Assembly: GCA_052168235.1 (NCBI GenBank)
Contig: JBQLZK010000064.1
Span: 1 to 41,672, forward strand
DNA: 41,672 nucleotides
Reading direction: 5' to 3'
DNA from: Thainema sp.
GTDB taxonomy: Bacteria > Cyanobacteriota > Cyanobacteriia > Phormidesmidales > Phormidesmidaceae
Within the stretch, counting starts at the first letter, position 1, and each line of letters opens with the position of its first letter. This document shows positions 30,994 through 39,955 of the stretch, one piece after another. A model generated the notes under the pieces. It had not been told where the DNA came from. It ran no database searches and saw only the letters and a program-made list of their open reading frames with translations. A program made the position numbers and the translations under genes.

Positions 30994-31233
30994 CTATATG
31001 AGAATCAGCATTACGATTAGCGCAGAGGCAAAAGCTGCGATCGCATTCCAGAAGCTAGGCGATTCATTCAAGTTTCGACTCCAACCACAGTTCAAACAGA
31101 CATAGTGATCATCGGTATGAGCCACGATGGTGTGAGAACTGTGGCAGTTGGGGCAATTTAAATCGGCGGTCTGGCTAGGAAGTTCAGTGAGAATTAAACG
31201 GGGCATGAAGTTAAACCTCTTCAGGTAGAACAT
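30994..31233 (-). CDS. Small zinc-ribbon protein with C-terminal membrane anchor
   Basis: CPNC-x13-CLNC followed by hydrophobic FWNAIAAFASALIVMLILI. Confidence 0.65.
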   Translation of the reverse strand: MFYLKRFNFMPRLILTELPSQTADLNCPNCHSSHTIVAHTDDHYVCLNCGWSRNLNESPSFWNAIAAFASALIVMLILI

Positions 31234-31658
31234 TTCGGTGTCGGGAGCAGCGACTTGTGATATCGTTCATCTAATCGATGGCGTGGACATCACCTCAGCC
31301 ACTAGCCCTCGCTACCGGAACAATTTCAGCATAGCTATTGATCAGCCGTCGCGAAGTCACCTGAAATCAGATCTTGGCGGCGAAATAATCAGGCGAATGC
31401 GGCCCTATTTTTCATGAAAAGTAAATAAAAGTCAGGTTGAGTCAGATTTAACTGACAATACTGGGCTGGCTTGCCGTTAGAAAAGTGACGCTGTGACCCA
31501 GGCATGTCTTGCTAAAAAGTCTTGATTTGGCGGGATTTGAGCGGATAGGTGCGGCTTTTTCTCCGTGAGAACAGATGCACCTGTAATCCTGAAAACATTG
31601 CAAATAGTCATGTAAAGTCATCTGAGCGGCCTTAAACTAATGAACAAGGTGTGCATCA

Positions 31659-34600
31659 GTGTTTGCGTCTATGGAATTTTCAGACGATGAAGTGCTCAAT
31701 TTCATCGAAGAAAAGCTCAACGTCGTTCGAGTAGCAGGCGAAAGGCTTTCCAATATTGAACGGGCGCTGCTGGTTAGTGCTTGGCGCGCTCCTAGGCGTA
31801 CCTACCGGGAAATTGCTGAAACTGAAGGCTACAGCCAGTCCTATGTTCACAATGTCGCTGCCGATCTGTGGGAGGATCTGAGTCGTGCCTTTGATACTAA
31901 AATCCGCAAGCCGAGCCTAAAAGCAACGATCAGCAGCAGCATGCTGCGCGATCGTCAGTCTCCATCAGAGCTACCCTCCGAGCAGCCTATCAGACATGAC
32001 TTTGGCAACTGGATGGGATCTGCGGATCTGTTGGGCCGAGATGATGAACAGCAGCAGTTAACCGAGTATCTATCTGCAAATCAAGCTCGTATTGTTGGTG
32101 TTACCGGGATTACGGGCATTGGTAAGTCCTGTTTATGTGAAGCAGTGGTGCGTCGCTTGGCCAATCAGTTTTCGGTCATTCTCTGTCGCTCATTGCGATC
32201 GCAGATTCCATTCCATGACGTTCTGAGTCGCTGGCTTTATCTGTTAGAACCCGAAAACCATTCAGTCACGTCGTCTTCAGAGGATATGCTGCAAATTGTA
32301 CTCCAGTTGATGCAACAGCAGCGCTGTTTGCTGATTCTGGACGACTTTGATGCGATCGTACAGGATGGCTACATGGCCCAGCAGGAAACAGTGCTGTACC
32401 AGCAGTTTCTCCAGCGGGTTAGTCAATTGGCGGCAGGTTGTGTACTTGTAATTAGCCGCACCAATACGGAACTGCTCAACCTATCGTTCTGGCAGCAGGC
32501 ACAACACCTTTTCCTGTCGGCATTAGCGCCTGAGATCAGCCAGCAGTTAATGGCCCAGCACGGGGCCTTACCGCCTGCGCCACTGCTGGATGACATTCAG
32601 ACCTACTATGCTCACCATCCACACTATCTAACGGCTGTGGCTCGGCAGGTTCATCATCCAACTGTAGCCGGAAGGTGGCAATATTTCTGGGATTCGCTCT
32701 CATCGCGTCTGCTGCAGGGGGTTCATCACTGTTTGAAGGCTGACTACAATCACCTCAATTCCATCGAGCAAGACGTGATGCACTGGTTGGTGATAGCCGC
32801 TAAGCCTTTATCCATCGAGTATCTCCAGTCACACCTGTCTCGCTCTAATCTGCAGCCCAATCTGATTCATGCGGTCGCAAAACTGTGCGATCGCGCCTTT
32901 ATTCAGTCAGTCAATGGGACGGTCAACAAGGCCAGTGAGACGAGCGATACGAATGAAGCTAATCAAGCTAATGATGTTCCGCGCTACGCTCCAACCGCCA
33001 TCTGGCGAGACTTCATTCTTCAGCACCTGCTGCATGAAATGGTAGAAGAGCTGTACGCCGAGCAGTTTCATTTGCTCCATCACCTACCGATTCGTTCTGT
33101 GCAAGACCCCGCAGTCGTAATTCAGCAGCAGCAAGATCAGCTAGTAAAACCTATTTTGCAACGATTAAAAGATCGATATGGCTCACTCAACCAGCTGAAA
33201 CAGCGGCTGAAAGCATTGCTGGATCAGGTGTGTACGCGTCAGCTAGATGTGCGATCGCACACTGCCGGGAATTTAATCAATTTCTGTCAAGCTGCTGGTG
33301 TCAGCTTTAATTCACTTGATTTTTCTGACTTAGACATTCGCAATGCCGATTTTCGTCAAGTCAGCCTCTGGAACTGCATCGGCAACCACACGCGACTGCG
33401 GAACTGCGGATTTACTATTCCCCTAGCCGATCGCATTGCCCTAGCGCTAGATGCGACGGGTCAGCATTTGGCGGTGGGTGAATCAAACGGGCAGATTACC
33501 GTTTGGCAGGTGGAGACCGCTACGCCGATCCAGATCTTCCATGATGCCGAAGTCTGCTGCCTAGCGTTTCACCCCCAACAGCCGATTCTGGCCTGTGGCA
33601 CGGTCGTTGGTTCCGTTTGTCTGTGGCACTGGCAGAGCCAATCGAACTCGACCGTCATTGTCCGCAAAATTCACGACGCAGCGATTACCACTCTCGCGTT
33701 TGCTGCCGATGGTGAGATTTTGGCCATTGGCGATCGCAGTGGACGAATTATGCTCTGGTCTGCTCCCTTCCAGACAAACAGTACGCTCCAAGAACTGTCT
33801 TTCTTATCTGAACTATCTTCCTTGTCGGAGATCCCTTTCTTATCGGAACAGCAGTCAGACTGCCAAGTAGACCGTCAAGTAGACCGCCAAGTAGAGCGTC
33901 AAGCAGAACGCCAAACGGCTATTCGCCACTTGACTTGGTCTGATGACAGCCAGCGATTGGCCGTGAGTGATAGCTATACCGGGTTGGTGTGGGATCGGGC
34001 AACGAATACTACTCATCCCGTCAGTGCTTCCAATATTGGCCGCATTCGCAGCTTAATCTTTGAAGACAATTATCTCTATGCCGCCATTAGCGATCGCACA
34101 TCGCTATGGCTCTGGAGGTTGCAGCCTGCTTGGCTTTTTTGGGCCACCGTTGAGGAAGAGGCAACGATAACGAGCGTCCACCTCTGGAGAACCCAAACAG
34201 CCAGTCAATCCATTTATTTGGCCTATATCAAGGATGACCAACTGATTCTGAAGACCATTAATTCTGAACTAGAGGAAGTTATCCAGCTCCCGATTGAACT
34301 TAGTACACCCCTAGCCGTGAGTGGCGATGGTCAGCGGCTGGCAGTTATGCCGTCGGCTCGTTCCATTCAGCTATGGCAGATGCCGACTGAGACAGGATCA
34401 ACTGCGTCAATCATCCAGCACTGGATGGGCTACTCCTGCCCAGTACAGGCCTATACTTTTGACCCAACAGCCCAACTTTTGGCCGTTGGTAATCGAGATG
34501 GCAGCGTGCGCGTGTGGGATCTCGATGCTGTGCGCTGTCGTCATGTGTTTCAAGTCTCGCATACCCGCATGCGTGCGATCGCGCTGAGTCCCGATAGTCA

Positions 34601-35483
34601 ACACCTGGCCAGCAGCGATCTTGACGGCCACCTCTGGCTGTGGAATCTGGCTACGGATCAGTCCCCCCAGTTGCTTGAAGGACACCGTCACGAAATTAAT
34701 GCACTGGCGTTTCATCCAGCCCAGCCCCAGTTAGCTAGCGGTAGCACCAGCGGTACAATCCGCCTCTGGCATTCGGCTCGCGGCACCACGCAGCACACGT
34801 TTCGCCACCCAGTCGGCATCACGCACCTGATCTTTTCACCCGATGGTCAGTACTTAATGAGTGGTGATCGACAGGGGCTTGTGTGCGTCTGGGATCTTGA
34901 TACAAATCAGTTGCTGACGAGCGTTCAAGCTCACGACGGTACCATTGAACATCTAGGTTTTATGCCCAGTGGCCAACTGATTAGCGCTGGACGTGACCAC
35001 ACTGTGCGCCGCTGGGACGATAACTACCAAACGGCGACGGTGCTCTTTCAAGATGCGGATTTCTATATTAGTCACGTGACCTGCATCAGCGATCAGTCTT
35101 GTTGGCTAGTCGGTTGGCAGGTTAATTCAGACAGCCAATCAGCGAACACCGGGCGATACGCACAGATTGTTCCGCTTGATTTGTCCACGCATGTTCAGCA
35201 GCCTAACCTCAGGCGGATAACGCTGCCGTTTCTCCGCAATGAGGAACAGCTTTTCTTTACGCCTCATTGCGGAATTGCCAGTCTTCAACTGGGCGATCGC
35301 TTCCAGCTTTGGGAACGTATTGATTTGCAAGCTACCTCAATCCACTCACAGCCTGATGTTGATGTTTGGCTAAACAGTCCCTATCAAGGTTTTCGTCTGA
35401 CTGATCCTGAGTGTCTCAGCCCAGAACAAATTGAGCTGCTTAGACGGCTAGGGGTTGTAATTACTGGATATAGTGTTTCGTAA
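31659..35483 (+). CDS. STAND NTPase: N-terminal wHTH, NB-ARC, pentapeptide linker, WD40 repeats
   Basis: TYREIAETEGYSQSYVHNVAADLWEDLS (HTH); GITGIGKS Walker A; LLILDDFD Walker B; AGNLIN..DFSDLDIRNADF; many WD repeats; start may be ATG 31671. Confidence 0.9.
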   Translation: MFASMEFSDDEVLNFIEEKLNVVRVAGERLSNIERALLVSAWRAPRRTYREIAETEGYSQSYVHNVAADLWEDLSRAFDTKIRKPSLKATISSSMLRDRQSPSELPSEQPIRHDFGNWMGSADLLGRDDEQQQLTEYLSANQARIVGVTGITGIGKSCLCEAVVRRLANQFSVILCRSLRSQIPFHDVLSRWLYLLEPENHSVTSSSEDMLQIVLQLMQQQRCLLILDDFDAIVQDGYMAQQETVLYQQFLQRVSQLAAGCVLVISRTNTELLNLSFWQQAQHLFLSALAPEISQQLMAQHGALPPAPLLDDIQTYYAHHPHYLTAVARQVHHPTVAGRWQYFWDSLSSRLLQGVHHCLKADYNHLNSIEQDVMHWLVIAAKPLSIEYLQSHLSRSNLQPNLIHAVAKLCDRAFIQSVNGTVNKASETSDTNEANQANDVPRYAPTAIWRDFILQHLLHEMVEELYAEQFHLLHHLPIRSVQDPAVVIQQQQDQLVKPILQRLKDRYGSLNQLKQRLKALLDQVCTRQLDVRSHTAGNLINFCQAAGVSFNSLDFSDLDIRNADFRQVSLWNCIGNHTRLRNCGFTIPLADRIALALDATGQHLAVGESNGQITVWQVETATPIQIFHDAEVCCLAFHPQQPILACGTVVGSVCLWHWQSQSNSTVIVRKIHDAAITTLAFAADGEILAIGDRSGRIMLWSAPFQTNSTLQELSFLSELSSLSEIPFLSEQQSDCQVDRQVDRQVERQAERQTAIRHLTWSDDSQRLAVSDSYTGLVWDRATNTTHPVSASNIGRIRSLIFEDNYLYAAISDRTSLWLWRLQPAWLFWATVEEEATITSVHLWRTQTASQSIYLAYIKDDQLILKTINSELEEVIQLPIELSTPLAVSGDGQRLAVMPSARSIQLWQMPTETGSTASIIQHWMGYSCPVQAYTFDPTAQLLAVGNRDGSVRVWDLDAVRCRHVFQVSHTRMRAIALSPDSQHLASSDLDGHLWLWNLATDQSPQLLEGHRHEINALAFHPAQPQLASGSTSGTIRLWHSARGTTQHTFRHPVGITHLIFSPDGQYLMSGDRQGLVCVWDLDTNQLLTSVQAHDGTIEHLGFMPSGQLISAGRDHTVRRWDDNYQTATVLFQDADFYISHVTCISDQSCWLVGWQVNSDSQSANTGRYAQIVPLDLSTHVQQPNLRRITLPFLRNEEQLFFTPHCGIASLQLGDRFQLWERIDLQATSIHSQPDVDVWLNSPYQGFRLTDPECLSPEQIELLRRLGVVITGYSVS

Positions 35484-35751
35484 ATCTTGCCTCCACTCAA
35501 ACCACCACGGCTCTTTTTGACTGGTTGTGGGTAAAGACAAACGAATGTCTGAAATCCTTGATCTTCTGTATTATTTGGCGCAGTCACACACGATGAACAG
35601 GAGAGCCCAACCCATTTCGTTGAATACAGTGCGTGATGCGAGACAGGTGTGACAATTTAGAAATTGAGATGTGGTTTTCGGACTTTTGTCGTTAATAATT
35701 GAAATCGAATATATCAGTTTCACTATTGTTTCACAAAGAGAAAGCCCCCTC

Positions 35752-36018
35752 ATGGAATACACTACTGGTTGCCCCCACGTTATTCCCAACTCTGCCCAAT
35801 CCTGGACATCTGGTTCATGGTGGAAAGTTGGCATTACAGTCTGGAAGTTTGATTCCCCACAGCTAAAACACCACGCACAGGAGAATAAGTCGCTGCAAAC
35901 TAGTGCATCTTTGGCTAGCTCATCGCCTCGCTACAGTAGCTATCCGGCTGACTATCAATATGATTATCGATACGAAACCGATGCCCATCTCTACGAAGCA
36001 ATGGTCATGATTTATTAG
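35752..36018 (+). CDS. Hypothetical 88-aa protein; its stop codon lies inside element copy 4
   Basis: ATG 35752 (MEYTTGCPHVIP...WWKVG); TAG 36016-36018 is the element terminus. Confidence 0.45.
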   Translation: MEYTTGCPHVIPNSAQSWTSGSWWKVGITVWKFDSPQLKHHAQENKSLQTSASLASSSPRYSSYPADYQYDYRYETDAHLYEAMVMIY

Positions 36019-36105
36019 ACTTTATCGGAAATTGTTTTGTAGCGCGGCGGAGCCGCGCTACAAAACAATTTCCGACCCCAAAAACTTTATTTTCAATAAA
36101 GTCTA
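36016..36105 (-). mobile_element. 90-bp hairpin element, copy 4 (inverted)
   Basis: Reverse complement of copies 1/3 with few differences; stem core GCGCGGC-GGA-GCCGCGC on +. Confidence 0.9.
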
Positions 36106-36181
36106 TTAAAGATCTGCCCAAAGCAGCATTTTCACACCTGTCGTTGTAGATGTACGCTTCAAATGATCTACGGTTTGAATC

Positions 36182-37081
36182 ATGACAAAGCGCATCATCT
36201 TTCCTCGACGACAGGAGTGGCAGTTTGAGCTGAAAGACCTGATCCGAGGTATGTCGGGTGGTTTTTTATTTGGTATTCCGCTGCTATATACCATGGAAGC
36301 CTGGTGGATTGGCTCCTCGGTGGAACCACCCCGAATGCTACTGAGCTTAGGAATTGCATTTGTTATTGCGTTTCTGCTGAATCGCACCGACGGGTTTCGC
36401 CAGGTGCGCCCAGATAATTCCTTCTATGCGGCTACCGATAGTTTAGAAGCGATCGCAATTGGTACCCTTTGTACTGGGTTGATTCTATTCTTACTGCGAG
36501 AAATCACCTTAGAAACATCCTTACAAGAAAGTCTCGGCAAAATTGTGATTGAGGCCATTCCATTTGCGATCGGAGTTGCCTTAGCTCGCTCAATCCTGGA
36601 AGAGGGCACAGACGATGCTGATGAGTCTGACGAGCCTGATGATACAGAGGAATCCGATTCAGATGATGGTTTCCCCATTGCTCTGAACTCAACGCTATCC
36701 GATATCGGCGCAACCCTAGTTGGAGGAGTGATTATCGGCTTTAGCATTGCGCCAACAGACGAAATTCCCCTACTAGAGGTAGCCATTACACCTCCGTGGT
36801 TGTTAGCGCTGGTAGTGGCATCGTTAGCCATTTCGTACGCCATCGTATTTGTGGCTGGCTTCACAGCTCAAACGAAACGACAGCAGCAGAGAGGTTTGTT
36901 TCAAAGCCCGCTCAGTGAAACGGTTGTCTCTTACTTGGTCTCGCTCATCACTGCCATGCTGATGCTGCTGTTCTTTAAAAACCTAGGCCCTAGTGATCCT
37001 TGGACGTTGTGGCTCAAAGATTCCGTTATTCTAGGACTGCCAACTGCGATCGGAGGAGCCGCAGGCCGACTTGCTATATGA
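36182..37081 (+). CDS. TIGR02587-family integral membrane protein (DUF2391)
   Basis: GGFLFGIPLLYTMEAWWIG, IAPTDEI, IGGAAGRLAI. Confidence 0.88.
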   Translation: MTKRIIFPRRQEWQFELKDLIRGMSGGFLFGIPLLYTMEAWWIGSSVEPPRMLLSLGIAFVIAFLLNRTDGFRQVRPDNSFYAATDSLEAIAIGTLCTGLILFLLREITLETSLQESLGKIVIEAIPFAIGVALARSILEEGTDDADESDEPDDTEESDSDDGFPIALNSTLSDIGATLVGGVIIGFSIAPTDEIPLLEVAITPPWLLALVVASLAISYAIVFVAGFTAQTKRQQQRGLFQSPLSETVVSYLVSLITAMLMLLFFKNLGPSDPWTLWLKDSVILGLPTAIGGAAGRLAI

Positions 37082-37494
37082 AACGCTCAGTCTATCAATT
37101 TCGACGACCAAAAGGGGTTTTTCGGATTACCGCAGAGCAAATCACAATTACCATCTCGTTTCTGATTGTGATTGTCCTAGTGGGCTTAATTTGCTTTATT
37201 TGGCTGACCCAAAACGATGAACCGCCAGTCATTACCGTCACTCAAACTGCGCCAGCTTTTACAACGGGAGGCCAATATTATATTCCGTACACCGTATCTA
37301 ACAAAGGCGGTGATACAGCAGACAGTGTACAAATCCTGGCCGAACTTAAGGTGGGTGACGAAACAATTGAATCTGCGGAGCAGCAGGTTGATTTTTTATC
37401 CAGCAGTGAACAAGCAGACGGCATGTTCATCTTTGAAAATGATCCAGCACAGGGAGAACTGACGATCAAATCAACAGGCTATCGGCTTCCTTAG
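37078..37494 (+). CDS. TIGR02588-family protein
   Basis: ATGA overlap with the TIGR02587 gene; one TM segment then V.N.GG.TA..V.I ... VDFL ... GMFIF..DP. Confidence 0.85.
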   Translation: MKRSVYQFRRPKGVFRITAEQITITISFLIVIVLVGLICFIWLTQNDEPPVITVTQTAPAFTTGGQYYIPYTVSNKGGDTADSVQILAELKVGDETIESAEQQVDFLSSSEQADGMFIFENDPAQGELTIKSTGYRLP

Positions 37495-37514
37495 GAGTGC
37501 GATATGGAATGAAT

Positions 37515-37746
37515 TGCCGCTCATCCCAACCCTTCTCCGCAGGAGTTGTTGTGTATGAACAAGTCTCTAAACTCCGTTTCGCCGTTGAGATCTCCCTAAA
37601 TCCATCTACAGCCCTTTGGGCATGGCTTCGCCTAGAAAAAGGGGAAGCTTTGAGTTGATTTTCCCTTTTAAACTATCTCTTCACCAAAAGTCGCTGAACT
37701 GATTACAGGGACTTCTGGTGAAGGGATAGCTTCCACAGGAGAGGGC
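37515..37746. repeat. Nested degenerate cyanobacterial repeat remnants including a 24-bp imperfect inverted repeat
   Basis: CTCATCCCAACCCTTCTCC, CCCTAAATCC..AAAAAGGGGA; IR CTATCTCTTCACCAAAAGTCGCTG / CAGGGACTTCTGGTGAAGGGATAG (37673-37729). Confidence 0.5.
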
Positions 37747-39054
37747 TTACGACTGTTGGCGAGTCGGAATCATAACAGTAAACGTAGTGCCGGGCTGTTC
37801 TGGTTCTGAATGACAGCTTAATCGTCCTTTATGCTTGTCTGTGACGATTTGATGACTGATTGACAGTCCCATGCCAGTGCCTTTTCCAACGGGTTTTGTT
37901 GTAAAAAACGGATCAAATAATCTTCGTTGGATATGACTGGGTACCCCTGTTCCGTTGTCGATAAATTGAACGGTAACTTCGTGAGAGTTTGTGAGCTGAG
38001 TTTGAATCGTGATGGTGGGATTCGTAATTTTTCCTCGTAAAAATCCTTCTTCTAAGACATCAACTGCATTGCTCAGAAGATTCATGAATACCTGGTTTAG
38101 CTGGCCAGCGTAACATTCAATTAGAGGCACCTCTCCATAGTTTTTAATCACTTGAATCCCAGGAAATTCAGGTTTTGCTTTGAGCCGATGCTGCAAAATC
38201 ATCAACGTACTGTCGATGCCGTCATGGATGTTGACCTCTTTCATTTCGGCCTCATCCATGCGGGAGAACGTTCGTAGTGAGGCCACGATTTTCTGAATCC
38301 GATCAGCCCCTATCTTCATCGATTTTTGTAATTTGGGTAGATCATCCAGCAAAAATTCAATATCAATTTCGTCTATTTTCTGCTGAATTTCTGGATGAGG
38401 AGATGGGTAATGTTGTTGATAGAGTTGAAGCAGTTCAAATAAATCCTGAATATATTCATCGGCATGATTTAAGTTGCCAAAGATGAAATTAACTGGATTA
38501 TTAATTTCGTGAGCAATTCCTGCCACTAATTGACCCAAAGCGGACATTTTTTCCGCTTGAATCATCTGGGTTTGAGTTCGCTGTAGCTCTTGCAGTGCTC
38601 GCTCTAGCTCAACGGTACGCTGATTTAGTTCGGCCTCAGCTCGTTTGCGATCGTCAATATCTGTACAGGTGCCAATCCACTCTTGAATAGTGCCGTCTTC
38701 CGCCAGGATAGGAACACCTTTAACATCAAAATAGCGGTAGGTGCCATCGGCGGCTTGAATGCGGTATTCAGTTTTGTACCAGTTTCTTGTTTCGCGAGCG
38801 TGATTCCAGACTTTGCCTGTGCGATCGCGATCATCTGGATGAACTGCTTCTAGCCAGCCAAAGCCCTTCAGCTTGTCCAAACTTTGGCCAGTATAGGTGC
38901 ACCAGTTGGGTGATTCAACGCTCAGTCCATCAGGTGTTGCTATCCAAATGATTTGAGACGTTACGGTGATCAAAGAGCGATATCGTTCTTCGCTTTTGCG
39001 CAGGGCAATTTCAGCCTGTTCGGGAGTATCTAGTTCTTCTAAAGAGTGATACAT
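37747..39054 (-). CDS. PAS-domain sensor histidine kinase (cytoplasmic)
   Basis: PAS_3 (W..AVHPDD...WIGTCTDI), AHEINNP H-box, QVFMNLLSNA N-box, DNG, FDPFFTTK, GTGMGL. Confidence 0.93.
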   Translation of the reverse strand: MYHSLEELDTPEQAEIALRKSEERYRSLITVTSQIIWIATPDGLSVESPNWCTYTGQSLDKLKGFGWLEAVHPDDRDRTGKVWNHARETRNWYKTEYRIQAADGTYRYFDVKGVPILAEDGTIQEWIGTCTDIDDRKRAEAELNQRTVELERALQELQRTQTQMIQAEKMSALGQLVAGIAHEINNPVNFIFGNLNHADEYIQDLFELLQLYQQHYPSPHPEIQQKIDEIDIEFLLDDLPKLQKSMKIGADRIQKIVASLRTFSRMDEAEMKEVNIHDGIDSTLMILQHRLKAKPEFPGIQVIKNYGEVPLIECYAGQLNQVFMNLLSNAVDVLEEGFLRGKITNPTITIQTQLTNSHEVTVQFIDNGTGVPSHIQRRLFDPFFTTKPVGKGTGMGLSISHQIVTDKHKGRLSCHSEPEQPGTTFTVMIPTRQQS

Positions 39055-39208
39055 TGCGGCGATCTAATCAATCTCATAACTTGTTGATTTATCGTGCCCG
39101 TTGCATAAATTGGGAATAACAAATGCTGGCTATGTTGACGATTCTTAATTTCGCCACATGTAGAATTTGGAGGGTAAAATAGGTTCATAAACGTATAAAT
39201 ACGCAATT

Positions 39209-39233
39209 AAAAAGGGTAGACATTGTCCACCCC
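39209..39233 (-). terminator. Probable intrinsic terminator of the YccA gene
   Basis: Minus strand GGGTGGAC-AAT-GTCTACCC followed by TTTTT. Confidence 0.55.
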
Positions 39234-39268
39234 AAAACTAAGAATATAGCAACTGTAAGAATCCGGTT

Positions 39269-39955
39269 TTAGCGTCTCGACAGCGACATTACAATTCGCA
39301 AGATGTACCAGAACAGTAGCGCTACAGATGCAAATAGTTCCAGCGATGCCGCAACGTAGTGCTCGGTTGAATAGTGGTGCATGATTTTGGAGGTGTCGTA
39401 CAAAATCGCTGCTGATGCGAAAGCGACCATTACGACTGAAAACAGCAGTCCCAGCGTAAAGCCAAAGATGACGCTACAGAGAATCAGACCGAGTGCCACA
39501 AAGCCAGCAATTTTCAGAACACCACCCAGAAAGGTGAAATCGGTGCGCGTCGTGAAAGCAATAGTGGTTAATCCGGCAAACATCAGGAGCGTCAAAATTG
39601 CGGCTGTCGGAATGACGGTTGGGTCAGAGAAGAAAGCTGCAATATAGAGAAGGGGCGCAAAAATCAGGGCTTCGCCGACGACATAAACACCCAAGCCTAT
39701 ATACTGTGTCTGGGTTGAATCGGCTTTGGCCGCTAGGCTTCTAGAGAACCAGCCTAATAGCGCAAATCCACCCAGGATAGCTAACCAAGCAAATCGGCTA
39801 CTTGAAACTAACACGGTGAGTGCTTCTGCGATGCCAAGCTGGAAGAGTAGAAATTCAACCAGAATAAATGCACCGACTGCACCCGCCAAGTGCAGATAAG
39901 TTTTGCGAATAAACACGGCCCGTTCGCTGGGTCGAGCCTGAGCGACTGTAATCAT
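39269..39955 (-). CDS. Bax inhibitor-1/YccA-family membrane protein
   Basis: RAVFIRKTY.HL, TRTDFTFLG, ILYDTSKI, ASLELF motifs; AAGGAG RBS. Confidence 0.88.
   Translation of the reverse strand: MITVAQARPSERAVFIRKTYLHLAGAVGAFILVEFLLFQLGIAEALTVLVSSSRFAWLAILGGFALLGWFSRSLAAKADSTQTQYIGLGVYVVGEALIFAPLLYIAAFFSDPTVIPTAAILTLLMFAGLTTIAFTTRTDFTFLGGVLKIAGFVALGLILCSVIFGFTLGLLFSVVMVAFASAAILYDTSKIMHHYSTEHYVAASLELFASVALLFWYILRIVMSLSRR

Noticed and set aside
21463..36105. 90-bp repeats as a CRISPR array
   Set aside because: Copies are dispersed kilobases apart and in both orientations, with no spacer periodicity and no cas genes
36106..36181. Fourth instance of the box-N22-TAnnnT promoter before the TIGR02587 gene
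   Set aside because: Candidate boxes give 18- or 24-nt spacing, not 22
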